Assembly: GCF_023055435.1 (NCBI RefSeq)
Contig: NW_025963890.1
Coordinates: forward strand, 33,914,001-33,978,000
Source: Haliotis rufescens
Lineage: Eukaryota
Length of the DNA: 64,000 nt
Direction of reading: 5' to 3'
Shown here: in pieces, positions 24,088 to 37,199 of the stretch
Layout: every line of letters begins with the position of its first letter
How positions within the stretch are numbered: position 1 is the first letter of the stretch
Notes under the pieces: generated by a model
Database searches by the model: none
What the model was told of the DNA's origin: nothing
Seen by the model: the letters and a program-made list of their open reading frames with translations, nothing else
Translations under genes and position numbers: made by a program

Positions 24088-27000
24088 TTTCAGGTATGAA
24101 GACTAGGAATCCCCCAAGTCCGCGACTGTTGCACGACCTCCTGGTCTGAGCTGTATCTGTCGTCTGCGCCAGGTACGAAGCGTGTCCTACTTACTCGTTG
24201 CCGTATATACTCTGCAGAATTACCCGCGAACAGGTAGACGGTGCAGGTTACATGAACTGTGGAGTCATTAGGGGCTTTTCGATAAGGATCAATATTAGAA
24301 CCCTCAGACGCTGTTCCAACACATTTCGACACATAGCCTGAGGCTTCAGTTGGACAGTTTTACAACACTATCCGTATGGATTTGCTGCAGATTCGATCGC
24401 GAGTATTGACTGTACATGGGTCAGTAGACCCGTAATTTATAATGTAGGCTGTATTTTTATCAGATCCGTACTGATAATGGACAGCAATAACCTACGCGAT
24501 ACCCTCGATGCTGCTGACGCCTGGGTCCACTCGCACAAATTCATCAACCTGAGACTCCATAACATAACCTTTAAGGTTAAGCGCCAGGCAGGGTAACAAC
24601 AAGTGCCGTCTACACACACATTTTGGTATGACATTGGCGAACAACTGACCTTCAGGGACCCGGCATGCAGTCTCCAACCGATGCCTTAGTCGGTTGTAAG
24701 ATATTAACGACGTTGTAAAGGGCGCACAGCACAATACACACGAAGTGATAAACTGGAGAAGATATTGTATTGTGCCCAAAATGTTATTAATATAAAACGA
24801 ATTGACTCAGGGCCGCGTTCAAGACCTTTACAAATTGTCCAAAGTAAAAAAATCTAGCTGGCTTAATTGGGAAACGAGAAAAGTGTCTTCCGCTTGTGTA
24901 TGCCATGAGTAAGTATTTCGTTAAAGTAGTGAGTTTCAGCGCCATCACCTCCCTGTGACACCCATTTTGTACAAAACACTGTATACATGTACATCATACA
25001 TGTATTACTGAATCACTGCGGTAACTTCTAATTAACCTTGTGTGAGTGCGCGTCCAACCGTGCATTTAGGGTTGTAATCCGTTTGCACTTTAAGATGCAG
25101 TTGAGGCAAAATGGAGTTTATTATTTGTTCAACCGTAAGTGTTGTGGAACAATGAATACTTATGCCCCGAGTAAGTATTCAGTTAAAGAAGTTTAACGCA
25201 ACCTGTGTCTATGTTATAAGCCATTTGTACTTCAAGACTCAGTTGAGGCTAAGTAGAGTTATGCCCCTTAGTTAACCATTCATCGGCTATTTCACAACAC
25301 ACTGATGTATTCTGAAATGCCAGAACTGCAGTGTTGATGATAAGATTGTGAGATGGGAAATCCAAGGGAAGTAAACATGCTGACCTTGTCAACTATTCCA
25401 TGTATGCAAATTATTTGTACTTACGCCCTGTGTTTTATTTATCACCCTGATATATAAGGCAGGAGTTGATATTTCCAAAAGAGGTCCGGAGGGGTCTGGG
25501 TTATCATGAATTCTCGAATTTACATCCCCCCAACTCCAACAATAGACCTTTTTGTCGGCAGCTTCAATTTAGAACCAAAATGGTAGATATGGTGTTTGGC
25601 TGATCGGGTACACTTGCCCAGACAATGGCTCTAGATACCAGTAAGTGGTATACTTATTGAGTCATTTGAACAGACATTATAAATTAGTTGATGCTTATTC
25701 ATATCGAGTAATGGCGAAGTCTCCCATTCAAATCTCTCATTTTACTACACACACATAGACATGGCGAACATCGTCAACACTTAATATTCTTGTCAAAAGT
25801 CAACATGGAAATTTGAAATTGCTTGCTCCCATGTCAAGAAAAACGGTCAGATATCAATCTTTAACTTGTGTCTATTTAAACGTTAATCGAAACCTACGTT
25901 GTTTGACTGCATGACACATGTCATGATGTATATCATTTTTGTGGTTAATTGTTTATAACTAAATTACAAATGATTACTTGACATTTGACTGGCTAACCAA
26001 GCAATGGTGTTTGGGTTTATGTTTCAACAAAACAAAAAGAAACATTCCACGCTATTTCCTGATTGGCTGATTGGGTGGGGCTAGTATTTGATTATTGCGC
26101 TGAACAATGTCATTGATTTCGTGTTGTTGTCACAAGATTTGTTGGAGTTAATGATTAAATATGCAGCCTGTGAAGGTTTTTTTTTGTTAACGTATATATT
26201 TATAAAAAAAATGATTTAAATATGTTTGTGCGTTTATGAAGTGAAAACTTAAAACCCGGTGTGCACACATTGATGTACCTCAACAAACGCAAAAAATATA
26301 TTAAACTCAATTTTTAACACACAAGCCATCTACTACAAGATGCACGTACATATGTAGGCGGGAATATTCACTAAACTCAGAGCCAAGCATCCATTGAACC
26401 AGATTCATAGCATTTATTGTGAAATCCTCTTTTCTGTTGTATGTTCGAATTATTGTGATCAGATATACGTTTGTAGCAGAATACTATCTGTCAAGTTAAC
26501 GTGTATCATTTTAGCTCTCTTCAAACGATGCTCGTATTAGAACTAGCGTTTTATGTCGAACAAGGTATTCCTTTTAGAAACGAAATTTTTGAAATAAAGA
26601 TTTATACGAATATGTAACACTCTGTACTGATAGGTAAATCCTGTGTGTAGGGGGTGTGGGGTGTGGGGGTGTGGGGGACTTTAAATGCTGAAAATATATT
26701 TGGCTTCGAACATTTTCACAAATATATAACAACAATAATGAGCTATTTTATGTCATATAGATGGAATATTGCTGAGTGCGAAGTTAAACAATCAAACAAA
26801 CGAACAAACAAAAATGATACAGATAACATAGGCGATGTAACATGCATCTGAATAACCCATCAAATTATTCCCCTTTAATTGAACTTTTATTACCTTAATC
26901 AGAACTTTAGATTTCTGTGCTGTGAATATATAGGATATTCATTGCTAGGTTACCATGCGTATTATACTTGTCGGTAGCGTCTCTACCGCTGAACTGTCAA

Positions 27001-27839
27001 AGGGGATTCATGTCTTGGGATTTTCCTCCCTTTGGTTCAAGGAAATGGAAGCGTGGAATCACATTGCATATTTAATCGAGACGAACAATAAAGAAAATAG
27101 CTTGCATAGACCTGTAGTTAGTCTTCAACTTGGTATATATAACATTGTCACTGTCAGTTTACCACAGATCATTGATACGTCATACATATTTTAATGTTTC
27201 TGCTATGAAAACACTTTTTGATCAAGTTGATATAGCCGTATTAAAATACCTTTTCTCAGAAGGAAGGAATCTATACTACATTATAATATATCTATCTCTT
27301 TTCCCCCGTGATATAGGACTTTATATGTTGTGATGATTTTGACATCAAATTTACAATAATTGTTCTTTATGTGCAAATGCTGGGTTTGCAAACTAGTTCT
27401 CGCCGTGAAAAGATGTACAATTGCTGATGCTGTGTAAAGCAATATCATTCATTCATTCATTCCGCTATAGCTGTTAAGAAAGGGAGATAATTTACTGAAC
27501 AAGGGGAGATAAACTCCAAAATTTGTAATCAAACTACTCACAATATTGCCAACATCTTCTGAACATTGATTCGCGTCTGCATTTGTTCCATTGTTACGTA
27601 CTTTAGCTCATACATCTATGATATGAAAGATACAGCTGGTTTACTACAACAAAGGTCGAATACGCCACGAGAAGTCATATGGGGTGCTACCGGCACATAT
27701 ACCAGTCTTTCCCAACTCCATGAAGCCTTTATATATGGGGCGGTGGGAGTTGCCTGTAGTGGTTAACGCATAGCTAACATTAATATCACTCACTAGCACC
27801 GTACGTTAGAATAAAGACAATCAGCCGAACGGTTTGACT

Positions 27840-27995
27840 TGGCCACCAATCTCATTAAAATCTGACCTTAGTTCTCGCTACCGCTAAACAGTTTGTTTAG
27901 CGGTAGCAGAGACCATATAATAGATTTATAATCTATTATATGGTCTCTGGCGGTAGCGAGAACTGAGATCTGATTTTAATCATATTGTTTGGCCA
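27840..27995. mobile_element. Palindromic hairpin MITE (tggcca...tggcca) interrupted by a 43-bp palindromic footprint
   Basis: ttaaaatc...agttctcgctaccgctaaaca-gtt-tgtttagcggtag[insert]cgagaact...gattttaa. Confidence 0.7.
27907..27949. mobile_element. TIR-only remnant (19+5+19 bp) with 7-8-bp TSD; sister copies at 28336-28367 and 28742-28765
   Basis: cagagaccatataatagat-ttata-atctattatatggtctctg flanked on both sides by gcggtag. The sister copies are flanked by gttgtac and attgagc(c) duplications. Confidence 0.75.
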
Positions 27996-28099
27996 CATAA
28001 GATACATGGGTTATATATATAAAAAAAACCATTTAATTTCTATTTTCGTACTCTCCACTACCCAGAGTTCCATGCGGCCGGCAGCCAGCCAGCTTAGTT

Positions 28100-28102
28100 A
28101 TG
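28100..28102 (+). CDS. AKAP7: Probable AKAP7-like exon 1 (ATG-only coding part)
   Basis: gttATG|gtgagt strong donor in a CpG-rich patch. Phase 0 matches the acceptor at 29142. Confidence 0.5.
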
Positions 28103-29141
28103 GTGAGTCACCACGGATACGCAACAGCCGGCGGATACCAGTTTACAGCTGATGAATGTCGTAAAATATATTCAATAATAATCTCTAAGATTTAGAGTTG
28201 TGTACGATATATTCAATTGTATAATATGTGAAAGCTATGATATAAGGATTCATTTTGTAAACATTCCGCGAATGTCGTAAAGGTAAACACACGCCATTCG
28301 AAGACAGTAAGGTCAGAATTAAGATTCGTTGTACCCAGAGACCATATAATCTATTATATGGTCTCTGGTTGTACAATACGTCTTTGGTTGTACTGAAATG
28401 TAACAGTAACTGTACTGAAATGTAATAGCTTATGTACTGAAATGTAAAAACATTATCTGCGTAGCATGAAAGTGTGAAAACATTCTGTTGACTGACAACT
28501 GCGTGGCAAGTGCTTGCATGGGCCTGATGTTACGCTGTTCCACGAGAACATTGCCTAACGTACACTCAATTTGTTAATGACCACTGATACTTACTTACTT
28601 ACTTACTTACTTTGGAGATTTAACGTGCGCTTTCCGACTGATGCGTATTTCGCACACGGTACACACACTGATACTGACGAACTCGAATATTTATAGAATA
28701 CGTCTTCTAACCAGCTTTGCGGCTTTTTGACTTAATTGAGCCAGTGATCTATTATATGGTCTATGATTGAGCCGAATTACAAAATTTGACATGTTCATAC
28801 AGAAGTTATAATACTGTATCATACTGTTCCTGACATCTAGTACAGTGGTGCACTGTCACTGTGTAATCAGAATGGATGCTTGAATATGCATAGACTCACG
28901 TGTACTGCTTTTATACAGCCAGTGTTGGAAGCACTCGTAGGTTGCATGGTACAAAGACATCCGTTCTGACAGCACTGGTTAATTTCTACTATTTGTTCAC
29001 ACATTTTTGCATACTATGGTGCACATGCAGTTCTCCAAAAACATCTGCATATCTACAATAAAACGTCTACTTTCCACTATTTTTCATATCCATAGCCTCA
29101 GAATTTTAAGTCTGAATAATGTGTTTTTTCACAAAATTCAG

Positions 29142-30771
29142 TTTGTTTACTGCTGCGACAGGCTTTGGTTTTCATGTTTGATGGTCATGTCTAAACGGAA
29201 ACTGCAGCCAGAGATATATTATATCCAAAAGACAAGAGTTGTGGAAACAGTGGCTCTTGGCAGAAGTACTGTCAAATCTGGGAGCATGTTAGGCAGGTGC
29301 ATCTCTTCACAGATTGAGAATGTACAAGATAATTGTGCTTGTTTGGATCAGGCCTCACCGCAGCCAGCAGGGGACAGATGGAAGTTGTCACGACCTGACC
29401 TGGTATGTCCTGAACCAGTGATCGCGAGGGGTGTCTCACACAAGCCTCAATACAACATGAGTAAAGGGCAAGATATTAAAACTGAAGGGAAGCTAATCAC
29501 ATGTGTTCAAGAGGACACTGTCTCTCAGAATCATTTTGAAAGTTGTCAGGATGGTCGTATTGGAAGTGCAGAGGATGTAAATATTATTGCTGAAAATAAT
29601 GAAAATGCTGCACTGTGTGCAGAAAATGAGGAGATCCTGTATTGCCAGCCTGGTGAAGTTCAACCACTTGACTCTCAGCCTCAGCAGTCTGACCAGTCAG
29701 ACATGTTACCTCCTGACTCTCAGCCTCGGCACTCTGACCGGTCAGACATGACACCTCCTGACTCTCAGCCTCGGCAGTCTGACCGGTCAGACATGACACC
29801 TCCTGACTCTCAGCCTCGGCACTCTGACCGGTCAGACATGACACCTCCTGACTCTCAGCCTCGGCAGTCTGACCGGTCAGACATGACACCTCCTGACTCT
29901 CAGCCTCGGCACTCTGACTGGTCAGACATGACACCTCCTGACTCTCAGCCTCGGCACTCTGACCGGTCAGACATGACACCTCCTGACTCTCAGCCTCGGC
30001 AGTCTGACCGGTCAGACATGACACCTCCTGACTCTCAGCCTCAGCACTCTGACCAGTCAGACATGACACCTCCTGACTCTCAGCCTCGGCAGTCTGACTG
30101 GTCAGACATGACACCTCCTGACTCTCAGCCTCGGCACTCTGACTGGTCAGACATGACACCTCCTGACTCTCAGCCTCGGCAGTCTGACCAGTCAGACATG
30201 ACACCTCCTGACTCTCAGCCTCGGCACTCTGACTGGTCAGACATGACACCTCCTGACTCTCAGCCTCGGCAGTCTGACCGGTCAGACATGACACCTCCTG
30301 ACTCTCAGCCTCGGCACTCTGACTGGTCAGACATGACACCTCCTGACTCTCAGCCTCGGCAACCCAACCGATCGGACATGACACCACCTGACTCCCAGCC
30401 TCGGCAACCCAACAGGTTAGAAACAACACCACCTGACTCTCAGTGGCGACAATCTGCCCGGCAAGACACGACACCTCCCGACTTTCCGTCTCTGCAACCC
30501 GACTGGCCAGACACAACTGCAACACAGACAGAGCCTGACACAGTTACTCACAAGAAGACAAAACCAACAGTTTTACCAAAACATGTCCTTGAAAAGGTTG
30601 AGCATTTAGTGTCCAAGAAATGTGAAAGTGACATTTCCTGGATACAGGATGTTGCGATGCATCCTTCTAACCCAACACTCTCCGATGCAGAGGAGGAATG
30701 TTTGTTTGGAAATTTATTTTCTGATCAACAGGAAAATTTCAAGAAGAGAAATCAAGCCAGCCATGAGAAAA
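29142..30771 (+). CDS. AKAP7: AKAP7-like exon 2: long low-complexity N-terminal region with 15-aa repeats
   Basis: Acceptor ttttttcacaaaattcag|, within the 590-aa ORF 29007-30779. Donor a|gtaagt, phase 1, fits exon 3. Confidence 0.72.
29670..30500 (+). repeat. Coding 45-bp minisatellite, ~18 copies (DSQPR[H/Q]SD[R/W/Q]SDMTPP)
   Basis: Unit gactctcagcctcggcagtctgaccggtcagacatgacacctcct, frame-preserving. Confidence 0.95.
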
Positions 30772-30934
30772 GTAAGTGAAGATGCACTTCATGACATACC
30801 TACATTAGGCCCCTTATTATTTTGTTACTGTTAGTTTTACAGTTGGCAAACTAAATACTGGTTAACATACCGATAGATGGTCTTCTCAACTTTTGCAACG
30901 AATATTTGTGGGTGTATGTTAATGATGGTAGATC

Positions 30935-31130
30935 GTTTGTTGTTTAAGACTGCACTCAGCAATATTCCAGCTATATGACAGTGGTCTGTAAACAATCGAG
31001 TCTGGACCAGACAATCTAGGATTGACATCATGAGCATCAATCTACGCAATTGGGATACGATGTCATGTGTCAACCAAGTGAGTGAGCCTGATCATCTGAC
31101 CCTGTTAGTTGCCTCTTATGACAAGCATAG
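30935..31130 (-). mobile_element. SINE-like repeat family A
   Basis: cactcagcaatattccagctatatgac...gcctcttatgacaagcat. Confidence 0.8.
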
Positions 31131-31791
31131 TAAATATGTTAAGATGATTGGCTCTGCTGAAACAAGTGTCAAACCATTGACTACCAATTCTACCAAAACA
31201 AAACTGACAATATGCTAAAGTTCATTTGGTAGATTTTGATATCTTATCTGATCACCTACATTGACTTGGGCCAAATATTTCTTAAACCAAATGATTACTA
31301 AGTAAAATAGACAACATATGATCCCGAGAAATATCTTATTTTGTTTCTGTTATTGTGTTAGATTTAAGATATTATGACTAATACATATAAAGAAAAAGGG
31401 GCCATTGGCTCTAACTCTCAGTTTATTAATAGTCTGTAATACCTGTCTTGTTTTTCAAATGGGCAGCACCTTTGATCTTGCCCCCAAACATGATAAATAA
31501 ATAAATAAAAATGTCTTAGCATTGGCAACTGACATATGATATATTTCTATGGGCCATAGGACTAGTTTTCCTGTATACTGCATGCACATGTGATGACTCA
31601 CTCTGCTATGCTGCATTTCAGACAAAATAACCATGTTTGAATGGTAAAGTGGAGTGAAGTGTCATCTCAATTACTAACATAAGTGAATTAACACTTGTGT
31701 CTGTGGATCAGTAGAATCTTCAAACCCTGGAATGAATATTATGTTTAGAGATAGTTTTAGAGACTAATTTCTTTTGTGGCATCCTCTCCAG

Positions 31792-31901
31792 AGAAAGGCC
31801 ATGATGAGTCTGGGGGAGTACCAAGGGGGAAGGGAGACCGCCAGATACCACGGAAACCCACTCCAAACTACTTTGTTGCTGTGCAGATAACAAACCCACA
31901 G
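31792..31901 (+). CDS. AKAP7: AKAP7-like exon 3 (...RKPTPNYFVAVQITNPQ)
   Basis: cctctccag|...|gtgctt, phase 1 to 0. PNYF motif that opens the AKAP7 2H domain. Confidence 0.88.
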
Positions 31902-32011
31902 GTGCTTTTTCATGTCATCCAGTCAGCAAGGTCAGGTGGGGAGGTCAGCTGACACTAGTTGGATTTCAGTTATGCCACTGACCAGTCCTTGATTTGTTAA
32001 TCTGATTCTAC

Positions 32012-32255
32012 AGGGGGCCCGGGTGTCCAGTTGTATAAGGCACTGCAATTCTATGTGCAGAGTTGTGTCCCTTGTGCACCCATGAAACCGATGATTGTGG
32101 GTTTGAATCCCTCTTGTGCCCTGATTATGTTTCTATGTTTGTCACCAAATTGGTAAACGTCTCACACCTATTTTACTTCTGGCTTTCCTCCCACACTGTT
32201 CTGACATGCAGTGATAAAACTGGAATACTGTTTAAAGTGATGTTAAATCCAACTT
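32012..32255 (+). mobile_element. tRNA-derived SINE family B (older copy)
   Basis: Aligns along its length with 33474-33733 (tgtgcagagttg.gtccctt...gattgtgggtt.gaatccc...ggtaaacgtct...ggctttcctccca). Confidence 0.75.
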
Positions 32256-32340
32256 GCTCATTGTTCCTATGAGCACGTGTAAATGTTATGTGTCCTACAT
32301 GCTTAGTTACTACCATGGCTACTCTGTTTCCTGTCTACAG

Positions 32341-32477
32341 ATCCACTCCGGACTGTCACAGGTCCAGCAGGAAGTCATGGCTGTCAACCACAAGATGAGA
32401 GAAGTGATGATTAAACTGCCAACTTTACACATTACTCTCATGGTCATCAACTTGCAGACAGAAGAGGACATTGCAAG
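32341..32477 (+). CDS. AKAP7: AKAP7-like exon 4 (IHSGLSQVQQEV...LHITLMVINLQTEEDIA), first HxT motif
   Basis: tttcctgtctacag|...ag|gtacgc, phase 0 to 2; contains HITL. Confidence 0.92.
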
Positions 32478-32674
32478 GTACGCATTACATTTTGCAGTTG
32501 AGACCTACCCAGTGTGTACTCGTATCTGGGGCTGGAACAGGTCCCCACTTCCCATGCTTGTCCTAAGACTTCTAAGACTTGTAAGAGCAGACACAAGGAG
32601 GGAGTGGCTATTTTGTGTATCTGGGGCTGGAACAGGTCCCCACTTCCCATGCTTGTCCTGACTCCACTTGACCA

Positions 32675-32915
32675 TGTTTGTTGTTCTACACTGCACTCCG
32701 CTATATGACAGCTGTCTGTAAATAATCAAGTCCGTACCAGACAATTCAGTGATTGACATCATGAGCATTGATCCACACAATTGGGATACAAAGACATGCA
32801 TCAACCAAGTCAGTGAGCTTGACCACCTGATCCTGTTGAGTCGCCTTTTACGACAAGCATATTTTGCTTTTTATAGGTGCTGAAGACCTATTCTAACCCA
32901 GATCTTCACGGGTCT
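32675..32915 (-). mobile_element. SINE-like repeat family A, near full length
   Basis: Same sequence as 30935 and 20495, extending to ttctaacccagatcttcacggg. Confidence 0.8.
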
Positions 32916-32944
32916 TGACTATGTTGATGCACTCCTCAACACAT

Positions 32945-35610
32945 TACTCGATACAGTCCTTGACACACTATATGACAGTCCTTGTCACACTACATGACAG
33001 TCCTTGTCACACTATATGACAGTCCTTGACACACTACATGACAGTCCTTGACACACTACATGACAGTCCTTGACACACTACATGACAGTCCTTGACACAC
33101 TACATGACAGTCCTTGACACACTACATGACAAGGTCCTTGACACACTACATGACAGTCCTTGACACATTATATGATAGTCCTTGACACACTATATGACAG
33201 TCCTTGACACACTACATGGCAGTCCTTGACATGCTACATGACATAGTCCTTGACACACTACATCACATGGTCCTTGACACACTACATGACACGGTCCTTG
33301 ACACACTACATGACAGTCCTTCACACACTACATGACAAGGTCCTTGACACACTATATGACAGTCCTTGACTCACTATATGACACGGTCATTGACACACTC
33401 CATGACAGTCCTTGACACACTACATGACAGTCCTTGACACACTATATGACATGGCCCTTGACACACTATATGAAGGGGGCACGGGTGGCCCAGTCGTCTA
33501 AGGCGCCGCGATTCGCTGTGCAGAGTTGCGTCCCTTAGGCACGCCAGAAACCTATGATTGTGGGTTCGAATCCCGGTTTGCCCCGATTATGTTTCTAGGT
33601 TTGTCAGCACCATACCCGTGCTCGTCGGTTTCACCGAAGTGGTAAACGTCTGAGACCTGCATCACTTGGGGCTTTCCTCCCATGATATAACTGGAATACT
33701 CTTAAAAGCGGCGTTAAACACAACTCACTCACTCACACTATATGACAGTCCTTGACACACTATATGACAGGGTCCTTGACACACTACATGACATGGTCCT
33801 TGACACACTACATGACAAGGTCCTTGACACACTATATGACAAGGTCCTTGATGCACTCCTTGACACACTACATGACAGTCCTTAACACACTACATTACAG
33901 TCCTTGACACACTACATGACATGGTCCTTGACACACTACATGACACGGTCCTTGACACACTATATGACATGGTCCTTGACACACTACATGACAGTCCTTG
34001 ACACACTACATGCCACGGTCCTTGACACACTACATGACACGGTCCTTGACACACTACATGACAGTCCTTAACACACTACATGACAAGGTCCTTGATGCAC
34101 TATATGACAGTCCTTGACACACTACATGACAGTCCTTCACACACTACATGACAAGGTTCTTGATACACTATATGACAGTCCTTGACACACTATATGACAT
34201 GGTCATTGACACACTACATGACAAGGTCCTTGACACACTATATGACATACTCCTTGACACACTACATGACAGTCCTTGACACACTTTATGACAGTCCTTC
34301 ACACACTATATGACATAGTCCTTGACACACTACATGACAGTCCTTGACACACTACATGACACCGTCCTTGACACAATACATGACATGGTCCTTGACACAC
34401 TACATGACAAGGTCCTTGACACACTACATGACAGTCCTTGATACACTATATGACACGGTCCTTGACACACTACATGACAGTCCTTGACACACTACATGAC
34501 AGTCCTTGATACACTATGTGACATGGTCCTTGACACTATATGACGCGCTCCTTCACACACAATATGACACGGTCATTGACACACTACATGACAGTCCTTG
34601 ACACACTATATGACAGTCCTTGATACACTATATGACATGGTCCTTGACACATTATATGACACGGTCATTGACACACTATATGACAGTCCTTGACACACTA
34701 TATGACAGTCCTTGATACACTATATGACATGGCCCTTGACACACTACATGACATGGTCCTTGACACACTATATGACACGGTCATTGACACACTATATGAC
34801 AGTCCTTGACACACTATATGACAGTCCTTGATACACTATATGACATGGTCCTTGACACATTACATGACACGGTCATTGACACACTATATGACAGTCCTTG
34901 ACACACTATATGACAGTCCTTGATACACTATATGACATGGCCCTTGACACACTACATGACATGGTCCTTGACACACTATATGACACGGTCATTGACACAC
35001 TATATGACAGTCCTTGACACACTATATGACAGTCCTCGATACACTATATGACATGGCCCTTGACACACTACATGACATGGTCCTTGACACACTATATGAC
35101 ACGGTCATTGACACACTATATGACAGTCCTTGACACACTATATGACAGTCCTCGATACACTATATGACATGGCCCTTGACACACTACATGACATGGTCCT
35201 TGACACACTATATGACACGGTCATTGACACACTATATGACAGTCCTTGACACACTATATGACAGTCCTCGATACACTATATGACATGGCCCTTGACACAC
35301 TACATGACATGGTCCTTGACACACTATATGACACGGTCATTGACACACTATATGACAGTCCTTGACACACTATATGACAGTCCTCGATACACTATATGAC
35401 ATGGCCCTTGACACACTACATGACATGGTCCTTGACACACTATATGACATAGTCCTTGACACACTACATGACAGTCCTTGACACTATATGACAGTCCTTG
35501 ACACAATTCATGACATGGTCCTTGACACACTAAGTGACGGTCCTTGAAACACTACATGACAATCCTTGAATACTACATGACAGTCCTTGACACACATGAC
35601 ACAGTCCTTT
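32945..35610. repeat. ~22-24-bp minisatellite (gacagtccttgacacactacat) with a 116-bp higher-order block at ~34940-35430
   Basis: Direct reading. The ggcccttgac landmark recurs every 116 bp (~34939, 35055, 35171, 35287, 35403). Confidence 0.95.
33474..33733 (+). mobile_element. Young full-length tRNA(Leu/Ser-like)-derived SINE family B with 12-bp TSD
   Basis: A box gtggcccagtcgtctaagg, B box ggttcgaatccc, (actc)n tail; cacactatatga duplicated on both sides. Confidence 0.88.
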
Positions 35611-35729
35611 TCACTTTCCCTGACATACCCCTCTGTCACCATTTTTGACAGTCATTACAGTTCCTGACACTCTGTTGGTTGGTTTGTTGTTTAACACCGC
35701 ACTCAGCAATATTCCAGCTATATGACGGT

Positions 35730-37195
35730 CTTGACACTCTACTTGACACACTACATGACATACTACTTGACACACATGACACTCTATATGACACACTACA
35801 TGACATACTACTTGACACACATGACACTCTACATGACACACAACATGACATACTACTTGACACACATGACACTCTACATGACACTACATGACATACTACT
35901 TAACACACATGACTATACATGACACACTACATGACATACTACTTGACACTCTACATGACACACTACATGACATACTACTTGAAACACATGACACTCTACA
36001 TGACACTACATGACATACTACTTGACACACATAACACTATATGACACACTACATGACATACAACTTGACACACATGACACTCTACATGGCACATTACATG
36101 ACATACTGCTTGACACACATGACACTCTATATGACACACTGCATTACATACTACTTGACACACATGACACTCTACATGACACACAACATGACATACTACT
36201 TGACACACATGACACTCTACATGACACTACATGACATACTACTTAACACACATGACACTACATGACACACTACATGACATACTACTTGACACTCTACATG
36301 ACATACTACATGACATACTACTTGACACACATGACACTCTACATGACACACTACATGACATACTACTTGACACACATAACACTATATGACACACTACATG
36401 ACATACAACTTCACACACATGACACTCTACATGACACACTACATGACATACTACTTGACACACATGACACTCTACATGGCACATTACATGACATACTGCT
36501 TGACACACATGACACACTACATGACATAGTACTTGACACACATGCCACTAAATAACATACTACTTGACACGCATGACACTCTACATGACACACTACATGA
36601 CATACTGCTTGACACACATGACACACTTCGTGACATACTACTTGACACACATGATACTACATGACATACTGCTTGACACACATGACACACTTCATGACAC
36701 TCTACATGACACACTACATGACTTACTACTTGAAACACATGACACTCTACATGACACACATGACATACTACTTGACACACATAACACTATATGACACACT
36801 ACATGACATACAACTTGACACACATGACACTCTACACGACACACTACATGACATACTACTTTACACACATGACACTCTACATGGCACATTACATGACATA
36901 CTGCTTGACACACATGACACACTACATGACATACTACTTGACACACATGACACTACATTACATACTACTTGACACACATGACACTCTACATGACACACTA
37001 CATGACATACTGCTTGACACACATGACACACTTCATGACATACTACTTGACACACATGACACACTACATGACATACTACTTGACACACATGACACACTTC
37101 ATGACACTCTACATGACACACTACATGATTGACTACTTGGCACACATGACACTCTACATGACACACTACTTGGCACTCTACATGACACACTGCTT
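35730..37195. repeat. Complex AG-free minisatellite (gacatactacttgacacacatgacactctacatgacacactacat) running up to the exon-5 acceptor
   Basis: Direct reading; related to the upstream array through tgacacactacatgaca. Confidence 0.95.
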
Positions 37196-37199
37196 GCAG

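Noticed and set aside
29584-30525. 313-aa antisense repeat ORF
   Set aside because: Mirror of the 45-bp coding repeat; no independent start or splice evidence.
33474-33590. Functional tRNA gene
   Set aside because: The acceptor and anticodon stems do not pair properly. It continues into a SINE body with tail and TSD, and has diverged copies nearby.
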